Part shown: piece after piece, positions 10,570 through 21,217 of the stretch
Numbering within the stretch: the first letter of the stretch is position 1
Layout of the letters: each line of letters opens with the position of its first letter
From: Nitrospiraceae bacterium
Lineage (GTDB): Bacteria; Nitrospirota; Nitrospiria; Nitrospirales; Nitrospiraceae
Direction: 5' to 3'
Length of the DNA stretch: 64,000 nucleotides
NCBI GenBank assembly: GCA_040255165.1
Contig: JBDZUK010000001.1
Coordinates: 101,520-165,519 of the forward strand
Notes under the pieces: generated by a model
What the model was told of the DNA's origin: nothing
Databases searched by the model: none
What the model saw: the letters and a program-made list of their open reading frames with translations, nothing else
Made by a program: the position numbers and the translations under genes

Positions 10570-11772
10570 ATGGGAAGCAGAGCGACCGGGACCCTCTCCC
10601 TGCCGTGGCCATCCGCGACCGGCTCCAAGACCACCAGGCGGGTGTCCATGGATCACACCTTGCTGGTCGTGACGTCGGTGCTGGCCTTGGTCGGGCTTGT
10701 GATGGTCTTCAGCGCGAGCGCCGTGGTGGCGGGAAATCGCTTTCACGACTCCGGCTACTTTCTGAAGCGGCAGGTGGCCTGGTTGGCCTTCGGGTTTCTG
10801 TTGCTGCACGTCGCGTCGCGGATCGACTACACGATCTGGAAGAAGCTCTCCATCCCGATTCTCGGCTGCATGATTATGTTGCTGGTGCTGGTGCTGGTGC
10901 CGCATCTCGGCGTGACCGCCAAGGGGGCTCGACGCTGGCTGCGGTTGGGGCCGATTTCGATTCAGCCGGCCGAGATGGCCAAACTTGTGACGGTCGTCTA
11001 TTTGGCCGCGTACCTGACCAAGAAAGGGGAAAAAATCACTCTTTTCGCGCGAGGTCTTGTGCCGGCCCTGATCGTCGTCGGCACGATGAGCGCCTTGGTC
11101 CTGATGGAGCCGGATCTGGGGACCGTCGTGGTGATGGGGCTGGTCACGGCAGGATTGTTGTTTCTGGCCGGTGCGCGGCTGACGCATTTGTTCATGCTGG
11201 GTCTCTGCGTGATGCCGCTGGCGCTGATATTGGTGCTTGGCTCCGGGTATCGGCGCCAGCGCCTCCTGACGTTTCTTGCTCCCTGGAAGGATGCCTCGGA
11301 TGCCGGGTTCCAGATCACCCAATCGTTTCTGGCCTTTGGCAGCGGGGGGCCGTTCGGCGTGGGGCTTGGAGAGGGAAAACAGAAGTTGTTCTTTCTGCCG
11401 GAAGCCCACACGGATTTCGTGCTGGCTCTGGTGGGCGAGGAACTGGGGCTCGTCGGGACCGGCGCCATCATCCTATTGTTTGCGCTGTTCGTGATCCGCG
11501 GCTTTCAAATCGCCGCGCGAGCCAGAATCCCTTTTGGCCGATACTTGGGCATGGGCATCACCTTGCTGATCGGAGTGCAGGCGTTGGTGAACGCGGGCGT
11601 CGTGACCGGGCTGTTGCCGACCAAGGGGCTGACTCTGCCGTTCGTGAGCTACGGAGGGTCCTCACTGGTCGTGAGTCTGATCGGGGTGGGAATCTTACTC
11701 AGCATTTCGAGGGATCGCCAAACGGGCCAACAGCGGGGCGGACGGGGCGGACGTGGCGGATCGGAGTCGTGA
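10570..11772 (+). CDS. ftsW: SEDS-family peptidoglycan polymerase / lipid II flippase FtsW
   Basis: It is a roughly 10-TM SEDS protein with the motifs LQPAEMAKL, TDFVLALVGEELG and GLTLPFVSYGGSS, and it sits between murD and murG. Confidence 0.9.
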   Translation: MGSRATGTLSLPWPSATGSKTTRRVSMDHTLLVVTSVLALVGLVMVFSASAVVAGNRFHDSGYFLKRQVAWLAFGFLLLHVASRIDYTIWKKLSIPILGCMIMLLVLVLVPHLGVTAKGARRWLRLGPISIQPAEMAKLVTVVYLAAYLTKKGEKITLFARGLVPALIVVGTMSALVLMEPDLGTVVVMGLVTAGLLFLAGARLTHLFMLGLCVMPLALILVLGSGYRRQRLLTFLAPWKDASDAGFQITQSFLAFGSGGPFGVGLGEGKQKLFFLPEAHTDFVLALVGEELGLVGTGAIILLFALFVIRGFQIAARARIPFGRYLGMGITLLIGVQALVNAGVVTGLLPTKGLTLPFVSYGGSSLVVSLIGVGILLSISRDRQTGQQRGGRGGRGGSES

Positions 11773-12896
11773 TGGTCATCGTCATTGCGGCGGGGGGGAC
11801 CGGTGGTCATTTGTATCCGGCCGTCGCCTTGGCCCGCGAGTTTCTGCGTCGGGATTCGACGACGACAATCCTGTTCGTGGGTACGACCAGGGGGATCGAG
11901 GCGAAAGTGCTGGCGCACGAGGGATTCGAGTTGGTCTGCATTAGCGCCAAGCCGGTGATGGGGAAGAGCCTGGTCGAGGCCCTGCAAGGACTCCTGTCGC
12001 TGCCGATGGGGTTATGGCAGTCGCTCAAGGTTCTGAAGCAGCGGCGCGCGGACCTGGTGGTCGGCGTGGGAGGGTACACGAGCCCGACGATGGTGATGGC
12101 ATCGTTCTTGAGAGGAATCCCTCGCGTCATTCTGGAGCCCAACGCCCGTCCGGGGATGGCCAACAAGGCGGTGGGTCCGGTGGCGCAGCGGATTTTCCTG
12201 GCGTTCGAGTCTGCTGCGGGCTCCTTCGACCGGCAGAAGGTGCGGGTGGTCGGCACGCCGATTCGACGCGAGTTTCTTGATGAGACCGCGTCGACCGCCA
12301 TCAAGCCGAAGCCGGCTGGGTCGAGACGCTTGCTGGTGTTCGGGGGGAGCCAGGGAGCGAAGGCCATTAACAGCGCGGTCATCGATGCGCTGCCGGCCTT
12401 CAAGGCGATGCGGCCGGCTCTGGCCGTGACGCACCAGACCGGAGAGGCGGATCACGCACGAGTCGCAGCCGCCTATCGGGAAGCCGGCGTGGACGGCGGG
12501 GTGGTCCCGTTTTTGTATGACATGCCCAGCGCGGTGCAATCGGCCGAGTTGGTGGTCGCCCGCGCCGGGGCTATGACGGTGGCGGAGCTCACGGCGTGCG
12601 GAAAACCGGCCATCCTGATCCCGCTGCCCACGGCGATTTACGACCACCAGTCCCGCAACGCGGAAGCGATGGAGAGGGCGGGCGCGGCCGTAGTCATCGC
12701 CCAGCGGGACTTGACCGGACCGCGCTTGGCGGAGACCGTGGCGGGAATTCTGGCGGACGACGAACGATTACGGTCGATGAGCGAACGCAGCGCTGCGATG
12801 AGGCGCACCGACGCGGCCGAGGTCATCGTCCGCGAATGCTACGCACTCATGGAGGGACGACATGAAACCGACCGGCCTTTTGGAGCGGGAGTCTAA
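11772..12896 (+). CDS. murG: UDP-GlcNAc:lipid I GlcNAc transferase MurG
   Basis: The ATG at 11772 overlaps the ftsW stop. The N-terminus reads [21 protein letters not shown], and GGSQGA is also present. The track ORF 10551-12896 is an out-of-frame read-through upstream of this start. Confidence 0.9.
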   Translation: MVIVIAAGGTGGHLYPAVALAREFLRRDSTTTILFVGTTRGIEAKVLAHEGFELVCISAKPVMGKSLVEALQGLLSLPMGLWQSLKVLKQRRADLVVGVGGYTSPTMVMASFLRGIPRVILEPNARPGMANKAVGPVAQRIFLAFESAAGSFDRQKVRVVGTPIRREFLDETASTAIKPKPAGSRRLLVFGGSQGAKAINSAVIDALPAFKAMRPALAVTHQTGEADHARVAAAYREAGVDGGVVPFLYDMPSAVQSAELVVARAGAMTVAELTACGKPAILIPLPTAIYDHQSRNAEAMERAGAAVVIAQRDLTGPRLAETVAGILADDERLRSMSERSAAMRRTDAAEVIVRECYALMEGRHETDRPFGAGV

Positions 12897-12960
12897 CGGA
12901 GCCGAGCGTGGACACTGGCCGACCATGTATCCACCACCGGGCGGGCTGAGGCGGACGACG

Positions 12961-14352
12961 ATGTTTCGCAAGACCCAACATATCCACCTTGTCGGCATCG
13001 GCGGATCCGGCATGAGCGGCATCGCCGAGGTGTTGTTGACGTTGGGGTACAAGGTCAGCGGGTCCGATCTCCAGGCCTCGGACACGACGCGGCGGCTGGA
13101 GGAACTGGGCGGGAAGATCTTCATCGGCCATCAGGAGGGGAACATCGGCGAAGCGCAGGTGGTCGTCATCTCCTCTGCCGTATCGCCGCAGAACCCGGAA
13201 GTTGTGGCAGCGAAGGGCAAGCAGATCCCCGTCATTCCCCGGGCCGAAATGCTGGCGGAATTGATGCGGTTGAAATTCGGCGTGGCCATCGCCGGCGCGC
13301 ACGGCAAGACCACGACCACCTCGATGGTGGCGAACGTATTGGCCCAAGGCGGGCTCGACCCCACGATGGTCATCGGCGGGAAAGTCAATGCCCTCGGCAG
13401 TCACGCGCGTCTGGGCCGAGGCGATCTGCTCGTCGCAGAGGCCGACGAAAGCGACGGATCGTTCCTGCGCTTGTCGCCGACCATCGTCGCCGTGACGAAC
13501 CTCGATCGCGAGCATTTGGACCACTACGGGACGATGGACCGGCTGACGGATGCATTCGTGGAGTTCGTCAATAAGGTCCCCTTCTATGGGTTGGCGGTGT
13601 TATGCGCCGACGACGAGCGGCTGCGGGCGCTGTTCCCCCGCATCGTCAAACGCTACTACAGCTACGGCCTGAACGAGCGCGAAGGATGCGTTCCCGACTT
13701 CAGGGCGACGGATGTCAGCGTCAAACAATGGGGAGCCGAATTTCGCGCACATTTTCGCGGACGAAACCTGGGGCCCTTCCGTCTGGCGGTGCCGGGAATC
13801 CATAACGTCTCGAACGCGCTCGCCGCGATCGCGGTCGGCATTGAACTGGACGTGCCGGTCGATTTGATCCGCAAAGGCTTGGCCGCCTTCACCGGCGTGG
13901 AGCGCCGTTTCCATCTGCGCGGTGAAGCCGGAGGCGTGATGGTCGTCGACGACTACGGCCACCATCCGACGGAGATCAAAGCGGTCCTCGCGGCCGCCAG
14001 GCAGGGATGGGATCGACGTCTCGTCGTGCTATTCCAGCCGCATCGGTACAGCCGCTCGCGGGACCTGATGGACGAGTTCGTCCATGCGTTTGACCAGGCG
14101 GACGTGCTGTTCCTGACGGACATCTATGCGGCGGGCGAGCAACCGATCCCGGGCGTCTCGGGCGCCAAGCTGGCCGAGGCCGTGCGGTCGGGCGGCCATC
14201 CCTCTGTAACGTTCGTCGAGCAGAAACAACAACTCCCGGATCACGTGCTGCCGCATCTGAAACCGGGCGACTTGGTCATCACGCTGGGTGCCGGGGACAT
14301 CTGGAAGGCCGGAACAGGTTTGCTGGCTCGGCTGGCGGCCCACACGGAGTGA
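12961..14352 (+). CDS. murC: UDP-MurNAc:L-alanine ligase MurC
   Basis: The start [25 protein letters not shown] is the typical MurC N-terminus. The P-loop is [11 protein letters not shown]. Confidence 0.9.
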   Translation: MFRKTQHIHLVGIGGSGMSGIAEVLLTLGYKVSGSDLQASDTTRRLEELGGKIFIGHQEGNIGEAQVVVISSAVSPQNPEVVAAKGKQIPVIPRAEMLAELMRLKFGVAIAGAHGKTTTTSMVANVLAQGGLDPTMVIGGKVNALGSHARLGRGDLLVAEADESDGSFLRLSPTIVAVTNLDREHLDHYGTMDRLTDAFVEFVNKVPFYGLAVLCADDERLRALFPRIVKRYYSYGLNEREGCVPDFRATDVSVKQWGAEFRAHFRGRNLGPFRLAVPGIHNVSNALAAIAVGIELDVPVDLIRKGLAAFTGVERRFHLRGEAGGVMVVDDYGHHPTEIKAVLAAARQGWDRRLVVLFQPHRYSRSRDLMDEFVHAFDQADVLFLTDIYAAGEQPIPGVSGAKLAEAVRSGGHPSVTFVEQKQQLPDHVLPHLKPGDLVITLGAGDIWKAGTGLLARLAAHTE

Positions 14353-14353
14353 G

Positions 14354-15298
14354 ATGGGTGCAACGGTTCGCTGCAGAGCCCGACGGCATCGCAATGCCGT
14401 CTCCAAAGGCGCGCTTCGCGCGGCGGTGGCCGGCATGAAGGGCCGAGTGAGCTTCGATGCGCCGTTGTGCGACTACACCTCATTCCGGATCGGCGGTCCG
14501 GCCGACGTTCTGGTCGAGCCGGCGGACGTCGAGGATGTGCGTTTAGTCGTCCGTCAGGCCGCGGCGGCAAAGGTCCCGATTTTTGTGTTGGGCGGAACCA
14601 ATGTGCTGGTGCGCGATGGCGGCATGCGGGGGCTTGTGATCAGTCTTGCGAAGCTCCGGTCGATTTGGGAGGAGCCCGGATCGGTCCTCTTTGCGGAAGG
14701 CGGCGTCGGCATGCCGACGTTGATCGGGTACGCAATCCGTCGATCCCTGTCCGGTCTCGAATGGGCGGCCGGCATCCCCGGCACCGTGGCGGGGTGTGTC
14801 GTGATGAACGCCGGGACCAAGCTGGGAGAGATGAAGGATTCGGTAAAGGCGGTTCGATTGGTCACGTTGAAAGGCGAATTGGCTGACATTCAGGCCGCGG
14901 AGATCCCGTTCACCTACCGTAAGGCCGGGCTGCCTCCCGGCGTGGTGGTCGGGGTGTGGCTGCAACTCAAACCGGGCGAGAAGGCGGGCATTGAACGAGT
15001 CGTGAAGGACTATCTCCATTACCGACGCGACACGCAACCACTGAGCTTACCGAGCGCCGGGTGCGTGTTCAAGAATCCGTCCAACGATTCGGCCGGTCGG
15101 CTCATCCAAGCGGCCGGGTTGAAAGGTAGGCGGATCGGCGACGTGCAGGTATCGGAGAAGCACGCGAACTTCATGGTGAACGTCGGCCAGGCGCGGGCGA
15201 AAGACGTGCTCCGGCTGATCAAGACCGTGGAGCAGACGGTGCGTCGGCGGACGGGCGTGAAGTTGGAGCGCGAAGTGAAAATCGTGGGTCGGGCGTAA
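14354..15298 (+). CDS. murB: UDP-N-acetylenolpyruvoylglucosamine reductase MurB
   Basis: It has the FAD-binding motif TSFRIGGPADVLVEP and the motifs SAGCVFKNP and VSEKHANFMVN. An alternative start is the ATG at 14435. Confidence 0.88.
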   Translation: MGATVRCRARRHRNAVSKGALRAAVAGMKGRVSFDAPLCDYTSFRIGGPADVLVEPADVEDVRLVVRQAAAAKVPIFVLGGTNVLVRDGGMRGLVISLAKLRSIWEEPGSVLFAEGGVGMPTLIGYAIRRSLSGLEWAAGIPGTVAGCVVMNAGTKLGEMKDSVKAVRLVTLKGELADIQAAEIPFTYRKAGLPPGVVVGVWLQLKPGEKAGIERVVKDYLHYRRDTQPLSLPSAGCVFKNPSNDSAGRLIQAAGLKGRRIGDVQVSEKHANFMVNVGQARAKDVLRLIKTVEQTVRRRTGVKLEREVKIVGRA

Positions 15299-15304
15299 CG
15301 CACG

Positions 15305-16276
15305 GTGAACGGGATGGCGCAACAGCCGCTGACACGGAAGCGAGTCGGGGTCTTGATGGGTGGCCGGTCCGCCGAGCGCGAGGTGTCGTTGCGCACCGGC
15401 CAGGCGGTGCAGCGGGCGTTGCTTCGGCGTGGCTACGACGCCGTCGCGATCGACGTCGGGCCGTCGCTGCACCAGGACCTCATCGAAAACAAGATCGAGC
15501 TGGCGTTTCTCGCACTTCATGGGCCCGGTGGCGAGGATGGAACGATTCAAGGATTCCTTGAAACCGTCGGCCTGCCTTACACCGGATCGGGGGTTCAGGC
15601 AAGCGCGGTCGGCATGCACAAGGTGACGACCAAGATTCTCTTGCGGGCCCATGGGGTCCCCGTCCCGCCCGGAACCTTCGTCAAGCGAGGCTCGGCCGCG
15701 ACGGCGGCCAAGGTGTTGAAGGAAGGGGGCCTGCAATGGCCGGTGGTCGTCAAGCCCGCGTCGGAAGGATCGACGATCGGCGTCACGATCGTCCGCCGTC
15801 CGGCTCAATGGAAAGAAGCTCTGGCCTTGGCTCATCGGTATGACAAGGACGCTATGGTCGAAGCCTACATCCCCGGCCATGAAATCACGGTGTCGATTCT
15901 GATGGGGGCCGACGGCAGTCCCATCGTGCTGCCGGCCGTGGAGATCGTCGCGCCGGGCGGCTTTTACGACTTCTCGGCGAAGTATGAAAAAGGCAAGACC
16001 CAGTACCTGTGTCCGGCTCCGCTTTCGGGGAACGTCACCAAACAAATCCAAGACTGGGCGAAACGAACGTATGAAGTCTTGGACTGTGACGGAGCCGCGC
16101 GGGTGGACTTTCGCATTACGCCGAGAGGACGGCCCTACGTGCTTGAAATTAACACAGTGCCCGGCATGACCGAAACGAGCCTGTTGCCGATGGCCGCGGC
16201 TCAAGCCGGCATCGACTACGACTCGTTGACGGAGCAAATTCTTCAGTCCGCTCTTCGCCGGGCCGCGCGGCGATAA
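15305..16276 (+). CDS. ddl: D-alanine--D-alanine ligase
   Basis: It has the motifs GGRSAEREVSL, HGPGGEDGTIQGFLE and EINTVPGMTE, and an ATP-grasp fold. Confidence 0.9.
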   Translation: MNGMAQQPLTRKRVGVLMGGRSAEREVSLRTGQAVQRALLRRGYDAVAIDVGPSLHQDLIENKIELAFLALHGPGGEDGTIQGFLETVGLPYTGSGVQASAVGMHKVTTKILLRAHGVPVPPGTFVKRGSAATAAKVLKEGGLQWPVVVKPASEGSTIGVTIVRRPAQWKEALALAHRYDKDAMVEAYIPGHEITVSILMGADGSPIVLPAVEIVAPGGFYDFSAKYEKGKTQYLCPAPLSGNVTKQIQDWAKRTYEVLDCDGAARVDFRITPRGRPYVLEINTVPGMTETSLLPMAAAQAGIDYDSLTEQILQSALRRAARR

Positions 16277-16283
16277 GGATGAT

Positions 16284-17162
16284 GTGAAGCGAAGGAATCG
16301 ATCCATGCGACTGTCTTTGCGACGACGACGGACGGCACAGCCGGCCGGACCACGGCCGAATCAGTGGCGCGGCCCTCGCGCGGACTTCGAGATGTCTAAC
16401 ACGACCATTGGCCCTACGCGGGTTCGCCGGCTTTGCCGCCTGGCTGGCTGGACGGCGCTCATTGTGTTGAGCGCATGGGCGGCCGTGCTGGCCACGCGCG
16501 AGCTGCCCCACTTGATGAAACAATGGTTTGCCATCCATGACGTCACGGTGAAGGGCCTCAATCACGTGACCCGGGAAGAAGTCATGGCTCGCATGAATCT
16601 GAAGCCCGACGCCACCCTGTATCAAGTGAGCGCCTCCTTCCTCGCGGAGCGTCTCCGGGTTCATCCCTGGATCAAGGACGCTACGTTTGAACGGGTGCCG
16701 TTCCACGAGCTCAGCGTCACGATCATCGAGAGGACGCCGGCGGCGATCGTCCGGAACGGAGCCGAGCATCTCTTGACGGACGAGGAGGGCATCGTGCTCG
16801 CTCGCCTGGGGGCCCAGGACGATCCGGCTCTTCCGCTCCTGACGGGTCTGGACGCAAAGGGGCTGCTGCAAGGGGACGTCCGCGCACGCAAGGCGGTGAG
16901 AGCGGGGGTCCAACTATCCAAGTTGATGGCTCACGCCTACGACGGGCGACCCGAAATCAATGCCGGCAATCCGAGCAATCTCGTGGCCTCCGTGAAAGGC
17001 GTGCGGTTTCAGTTCGGGGAGCAGGCGTTGGACGACCAGTGGGACCGGTTTCGAAAGGTGCAGGCGTCTCTCAAGACGCTGGCCGTCGATGGAAGCGGCC
17101 GGAGACCGAATGAAGTGGACCTGCGCTATGACAACCGGGTGATCGTGCGGGAAAGGGGGTGA
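16284..17162 (+). CDS. ftsQ: cell division protein FtsQ
   Basis: It has an Arg-rich N-terminus, one TM (GWTALIVLSAWAAVLA), and a POTRA-like region (IHDVTVKGLNHVTREEV...HPWIKDATFERVPFHELSVTIIERTPAAIV). It lies between ddl and ftsA. Confidence 0.75.
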   Translation: MKRRNRSMRLSLRRRRTAQPAGPRPNQWRGPRADFEMSNTTIGPTRVRRLCRLAGWTALIVLSAWAAVLATRELPHLMKQWFAIHDVTVKGLNHVTREEVMARMNLKPDATLYQVSASFLAERLRVHPWIKDATFERVPFHELSVTIIERTPAAIVRNGAEHLLTDEEGIVLARLGAQDDPALPLLTGLDAKGLLQGDVRARKAVRAGVQLSKLMAHAYDGRPEINAGNPSNLVASVKGVRFQFGEQALDDQWDRFRKVQASLKTLAVDGSGRRPNEVDLRYDNRVIVRERG

Positions 17163-18400
17163 GAGCCGTGCCGAAGCGGGATCAAATTCTCGTCGGGCTG
17201 GATATCGGCACAACGAAGATCTGTGCCATCGTCTCCGAGGTGACCGAGGACGGCGCGTTGAACGTCATCGGGGTCGGGTCGAGCAATTCGCGCGGCCTGC
17301 GCAAGGGGGTCGTGGTCGACATCGAGAGCACGGTGGAGTCGATCAAGAAGGCGGTGGAGGAAGCGGAGCTGATGGCTGCCGTTCAGATCAACTCCGTCTA
17401 TACCGGCATCGCCGGCAGCCATATCTCCGGGGAAAACTGCAAAGGGGTCGTCGCGCTCAAGAAACAAGAAGTGACGCGCGAGGACATTCAGCGCGCCATC
17501 GAGAGCGCGCGCACGCTGGCGGTCGTGCCGCACGAGCGCCGCATTCTGCACGTGCTGCCCCGCGAATTCATGGTGGACGGCCAGGAAGGGGTGCGGGAGC
17601 CGTTGGGCTTATCCGGCCATCGCCTCGAAGTGAACGTGCACGTGATCACCGGCGCGGTGACGTCGGCTCAGAACATCATCAAGAGCGTGAACCGGGCCGG
17701 TCTTGACGTGGTGGACATCATCCTGCAGCCCCTGGCGTCGAGCGAGGCGGTGTTGAGCCAGGAGGAACGCGATCTAGGCGTGGCCATGGTGGACCTCGGC
17801 GGCGGGACGACGGATCTCGCGATCTTTTTGGACGGCAGCATTCGCCATTCGGCCGTCCTGCCGATCGGCGGCCAGAATCTCACCAAAGATTTGGCCATCG
17901 GTCTGCTGACGTCCCAGACGGAAGCGGAGAAGATCAAAGTGCAGCACGGGATCGCGGGGACGGCATTGATCAACGGGCATCAGACGGTGGAGGTTCCTTC
18001 CGTCGGAGATCGTCCCGCCCGAACCATGACTCGCCGGGACATCGCGGAGATTCTCGAGCCGCGCGTGGAGGAAATGTTCGAGTTGGTCCGCCGGGAAATC
18101 GCCCGGGCGGGCTACGAGGGCATGCTGGGCGCCGGCGTGGTCATCACGGGCGGCACGTCGTTGCTGGAGGGGATGCCGGACGCGGCGGAGAAAGTCTTGA
18201 ATCTCCCGGCGCGGCGCGGCACGCCGGCCGGCGTGGGCGGATTGCGCGACATCGTGAGCAATCCCATGCATGCCACCGGTGTGGGCCTGCTGCTTCACGC
18301 AAAAAAACACGCGGAGGAAATGGCGACGGCCGGCATGCGGCACGGGCGTCCGTTCGGGAGAGTGTTGGATCGGGTCATGTCGATGTTCGAGATTTTTTAA
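17159..18400 (+). CDS. ftsA: cell division protein FtsA
   Basis: It is an actin-like ATPase with the motifs LVGLDIGTTKICA and VDLGGGTTDLAIF. Its start overlaps the ftsQ stop. Confidence 0.92.
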   Translation: MRAVPKRDQILVGLDIGTTKICAIVSEVTEDGALNVIGVGSSNSRGLRKGVVVDIESTVESIKKAVEEAELMAAVQINSVYTGIAGSHISGENCKGVVALKKQEVTREDIQRAIESARTLAVVPHERRILHVLPREFMVDGQEGVREPLGLSGHRLEVNVHVITGAVTSAQNIIKSVNRAGLDVVDIILQPLASSEAVLSQEERDLGVAMVDLGGGTTDLAIFLDGSIRHSAVLPIGGQNLTKDLAIGLLTSQTEAEKIKVQHGIAGTALINGHQTVEVPSVGDRPARTMTRRDIAEILEPRVEEMFELVRREIARAGYEGMLGAGVVITGGTSLLEGMPDAAEKVLNLPARRGTPAGVGGLRDIVSNPMHATGVGLLLHAKKHAEEMATAGMRHGRPFGRVLDRVMSMFEIF

Positions 18401-18454
18401 CCTCCGCGCGCGGCCCTTCGGCCGTCACGCGGTTCATTGTGAGGAGGTGTCACG

Positions 18455-19648
18455 ATGTTCTCATTCCAGGAGGATGTGCTCTCTCCCGTGCGTATCAAGG
18501 TGATCGGGGTGGGCGGAGCCGGTTGCAACGCCGTCAATACGATGATGGCGTCGGGCCTGGCGCGGGTCGACTTCATCGCGGCCAATACCGATCTGCAAGC
18601 CTTGGACCGGTCGCGCGCTCCCTATAAGATCCAGCTGGGACCGGAACGGACGCGGGGGTTGGGGGCGGGCGCGAAGCCGGAGGTGGGCAAGGATTCTGCG
18701 CTCGAAAGCAAGGACCACATCCGGGAATGTCTCGAAGGAGCCGACATGGTGTTCGTCACGGCCGGCATGGGCGGCGGAACCGGCACGGGAGCCGCTCCTA
18801 TCGTGGCCAGCATCGCGCGCGAGTCTGGAATTTTAACCGTCGGGGTGGTGACGAAGCCGTTTCAATACGAAGGCCATCGGCGTATGAGTCATGCGGAGGA
18901 AGGCATCCGCGATTTGCGGCGCCACGTGGACACTTTGCTCGTGATTCCGAACCAGCGCTTGCTGGGCATCGTTGATAAGGCGACACCGTTGCTCGAAGCC
19001 TTTAAGGTGGCGGACGACGTGCTGCGGCAGGCGATCCAGGGAATCGCCGACGTCATTACCACCGCCGGCCACGTGAACGTCGACTTTGCCGACGTACGCA
19101 CCGTCATGTCGCATACGGGCCGCGCCGTCATGGGCATGGGCAGTTCCCGCGGAACCAATCGGGCGATCGAGGCGGCTCAGAAAGCGATCTGCAGCCCGCT
19201 GCTCGAAGATGGCAGCATCGAAGGCGCCCGCGGGGTCCTGTTAAACATCACGGGCGGCCCTAACATGTCGCTCCATGAAATCGAGGAAGCGGCCTCCATC
19301 GTTCAGCAAACGGCCGATGCGGAAGCCAACATCATCGTGGGCCAAGTCATCAACCCGGACATGGGCGACGATCTCGTCGTGACCGTCATTGCGACCGGCT
19401 TCGAGCGTGAAGAGCAGCCGGCTCCGGTGGCGGCCGCTCCCGAACGGGCGTCGGCCCGAAACCTCCGCACCGGGCAGCAGGTGCTGAGCGGCGTGAGCGC
19501 GACCGTGACCGAACGGCCCCACAAAGATCTGGATCGGCCGACATTTCTCCGCCGGATGGGTGAGCCGCGCGAAGGGATGGAGCGGGTCGCGGTGGCCGCG
19601 GAGGATGAATGGGACGTTCCGACGTTCCTTCGAAAGCAGGTCGATTAG
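18455..19648 (+). CDS. ftsZ: cell division GTPase FtsZ
   Basis: It has the motifs [13 protein letters not shown] and the tubulin signature [10 protein letters not shown], plus the C-terminal peptide [16 protein letters not shown] lies upstream. Confidence 0.97.
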   Translation: MFSFQEDVLSPVRIKVIGVGGAGCNAVNTMMASGLARVDFIAANTDLQALDRSRAPYKIQLGPERTRGLGAGAKPEVGKDSALESKDHIRECLEGADMVFVTAGMGGGTGTGAAPIVASIARESGILTVGVVTKPFQYEGHRRMSHAEEGIRDLRRHVDTLLVIPNQRLLGIVDKATPLLEAFKVADDVLRQAIQGIADVITTAGHVNVDFADVRTVMSHTGRAVMGMGSSRGTNRAIEAAQKAICSPLLEDGSIEGARGVLLNITGGPNMSLHEIEEAASIVQQTADAEANIIVGQVINPDMGDDLVVTVIATGFEREEQPAPVAAAPERASARNLRTGQQVLSGVSATVTERPHKDLDRPTFLRRMGEPREGMERVAVAAEDEWDVPTFLRKQVD

Positions 19649-19677
19649 TCCTCCGTAGCGGTCCTTGAGAACGCATC

Positions 19678-20418
19678 ATGACGCCTCCGGTCATTACGGT
19701 GCCCGCGTTCGCCACGCCCCGGTCGGGAGTCCGCCATTTTTTCGGGACTCGCTTGCATTCGGCTGATCTTCCGCTGGAAGTGGGGGTGCCGGTCAGAGAG
19801 ACATCGGCCGGCAAAACCGTGCTGTTGCTGTCGGTGAAACAGGTCCATGGAACGGACGCATTGGTGGTCGATCGCCCGATTGTCGAACGCGACCGGTTCG
19901 AAGGGGGATGGGACGCGCTTGTGACCGATCAGCCGGGAATCATGGTAGCGGTGCGGACGGCCGATTGCGTGCCGGTGCTGATGCATGATCGGAAACGCGG
20001 CGTCGTCGCCGCCATTCATGCAGGATGGCGTGGAGCGCTGGCCGGGATTGTTCCCAAGACCATTGATCTCCTGGCGGAACGGTTCGATGCGGCCCCTTCC
20101 TCGTTGAGCCTCAGCATCGGTCCCTCCGCCGGTCCCTGCTGCTACGAGGTGGATCAACCGGTGCTCGATCAGCTGCGCGACGGGTTCTCCGAATGGCAAC
20201 AGGTGATCCGGGATCGACGGGGGGCGAAGGCCAAATTGGATCTTCGACATTTGATCCGTCGGCAAGCGCTCCTGCGGGGGGTGGCGCCCGATCGGGTCAC
20301 GTCCGTGAACCTGTGTACGATTTGCCATGGCGACTTGTTCTATTCCTATCGCCGTGAAGGTCGCGTGCAGGGCACGATGGTCAGCGGCATTGCCTTAGTG
20401 CCGTCATCATCAATCTGA
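19678..20418 (+). CDS. pgeF: peptidoglycan editing factor PgeF / YfiH (DUF152, laccase-domain protein)
   Basis: It has the motifs VKQVHG, LVTDQPG, TADCVPVL and AIHAGWRG, and C-x2-C-H near the C-terminus. Confidence 0.8.
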   Translation: MTPPVITVPAFATPRSGVRHFFGTRLHSADLPLEVGVPVRETSAGKTVLLLSVKQVHGTDALVVDRPIVERDRFEGGWDALVTDQPGIMVAVRTADCVPVLMHDRKRGVVAAIHAGWRGALAGIVPKTIDLLAERFDAAPSSLSLSIGPSAGPCCYEVDQPVLDQLRDGFSEWQQVIRDRRGAKAKLDLRHLIRRQALLRGVAPDRVTSVNLCTICHGDLFYSYRREGRVQGTMVSGIALVPSSSI

Positions 20419-20503
20419 GCTGCGCATCGGCGGCTCTGACAATTCCGTACGGCTTCCGGTAGAATACCGAGGCCGGCATGTCGTTGCACGGTACGGCCAG
20501 GTC

Positions 20504-21217
20504 GTGAACCATTCAATCGCGGGAGATTCGCTCGGCGATCGTGTTCGCGCTGTGCTGCAGCGAATCGCGGAGGCGGCCCGGCGAAGCGGGCGGAGTCCCG
20601 AGCGTGTCAGATTGATCGCCGCGACGAAGACGGTCCCGATCGAGCGCATCCGGGAAGGGATAGCCGCGGGGATCGGCATATGCGGAGAGAGCCGTCTACA
20701 GGAGGCCCTGCCGAAGATCGATGCCCTTGGGCTGGAGCAACTCCGATGGCATTTCATCGGTCGTCTCCAGCGGCGCAAGGTCCGGCACGTTGTGGGCGTC
20801 TTCGAAATGATTCATTCCGTGGACAGCCTCGAGCTTGCCAGGGAAATCGACCGGCGGGCCGGTGAGGCCGGACTCCGGCAAGAGGTGTTGTTGGAGGTGA
20901 ACATCGGCGCAGAGTCGACGAAAGGCGGGATCGTTCCCGAGGAACTCGAATCGCTGCTGCCGGACCTCGCGAGGTTGTCTTCGATTCACGTGAAAGGCTT
21001 GATGGCAATTCCTCCGTTGGCCGACGATCCTGAGGCAGCGCGTCCGTATTTTCGCCGTCTTCACGAGTTGACTCAAAAGCTGTCAACGATCTCCTTGCCG
21101 AACATCTCCTTGACGGAGTTGTCGATGGGCATGTCCGGGGATTATGAAGTGGCCGTGGAGGAGGGGGCGACCATGGTACGCGTCGGCACGGCGATTTTTG
21201 GAGCCAGGCATGGATAG
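20504..21217 (+). CDS. yggS: YggS-family PLP homeostasis protein
   Basis: It has an alanine-racemase N-terminal-like fold with the motifs LIAATKT, HFIGRLQRRK, GLMAIPP and ELSMGMSGDY. Confidence 0.85.
   Translation: MNHSIAGDSLGDRVRAVLQRIAEAARRSGRSPERVRLIAATKTVPIERIREGIAAGIGICGESRLQEALPKIDALGLEQLRWHFIGRLQRRKVRHVVGVFEMIHSVDSLELAREIDRRAGEAGLRQEVLLEVNIGAESTKGGIVPEELESLLPDLARLSSIHVKGLMAIPPLADDPEAARPYFRRLHELTQKLSTISLPNISLTELSMGMSGDYEVAVEEGATMVRVGTAIFGARHG

Noticed and set aside
9631-11409. A 592-aa minus-strand ORF antisense to murD and ftsW.
   Set aside because: Its composition is dominated by Arg, Pro, Gly, His and Gln with no motifs. It lies entirely opposite two well-supported genes. This is a typical shadow ORF of high-GC DNA.
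10551-12896. A 781-aa ORF spanning ftsW and murG as one gene.
   Set aside because: Only the last 374 codons (from the ATG at 11772) encode a recognisable MurG. The upstream part is an alternative frame of ftsW with an Arg/Gly-rich nonsense composition.
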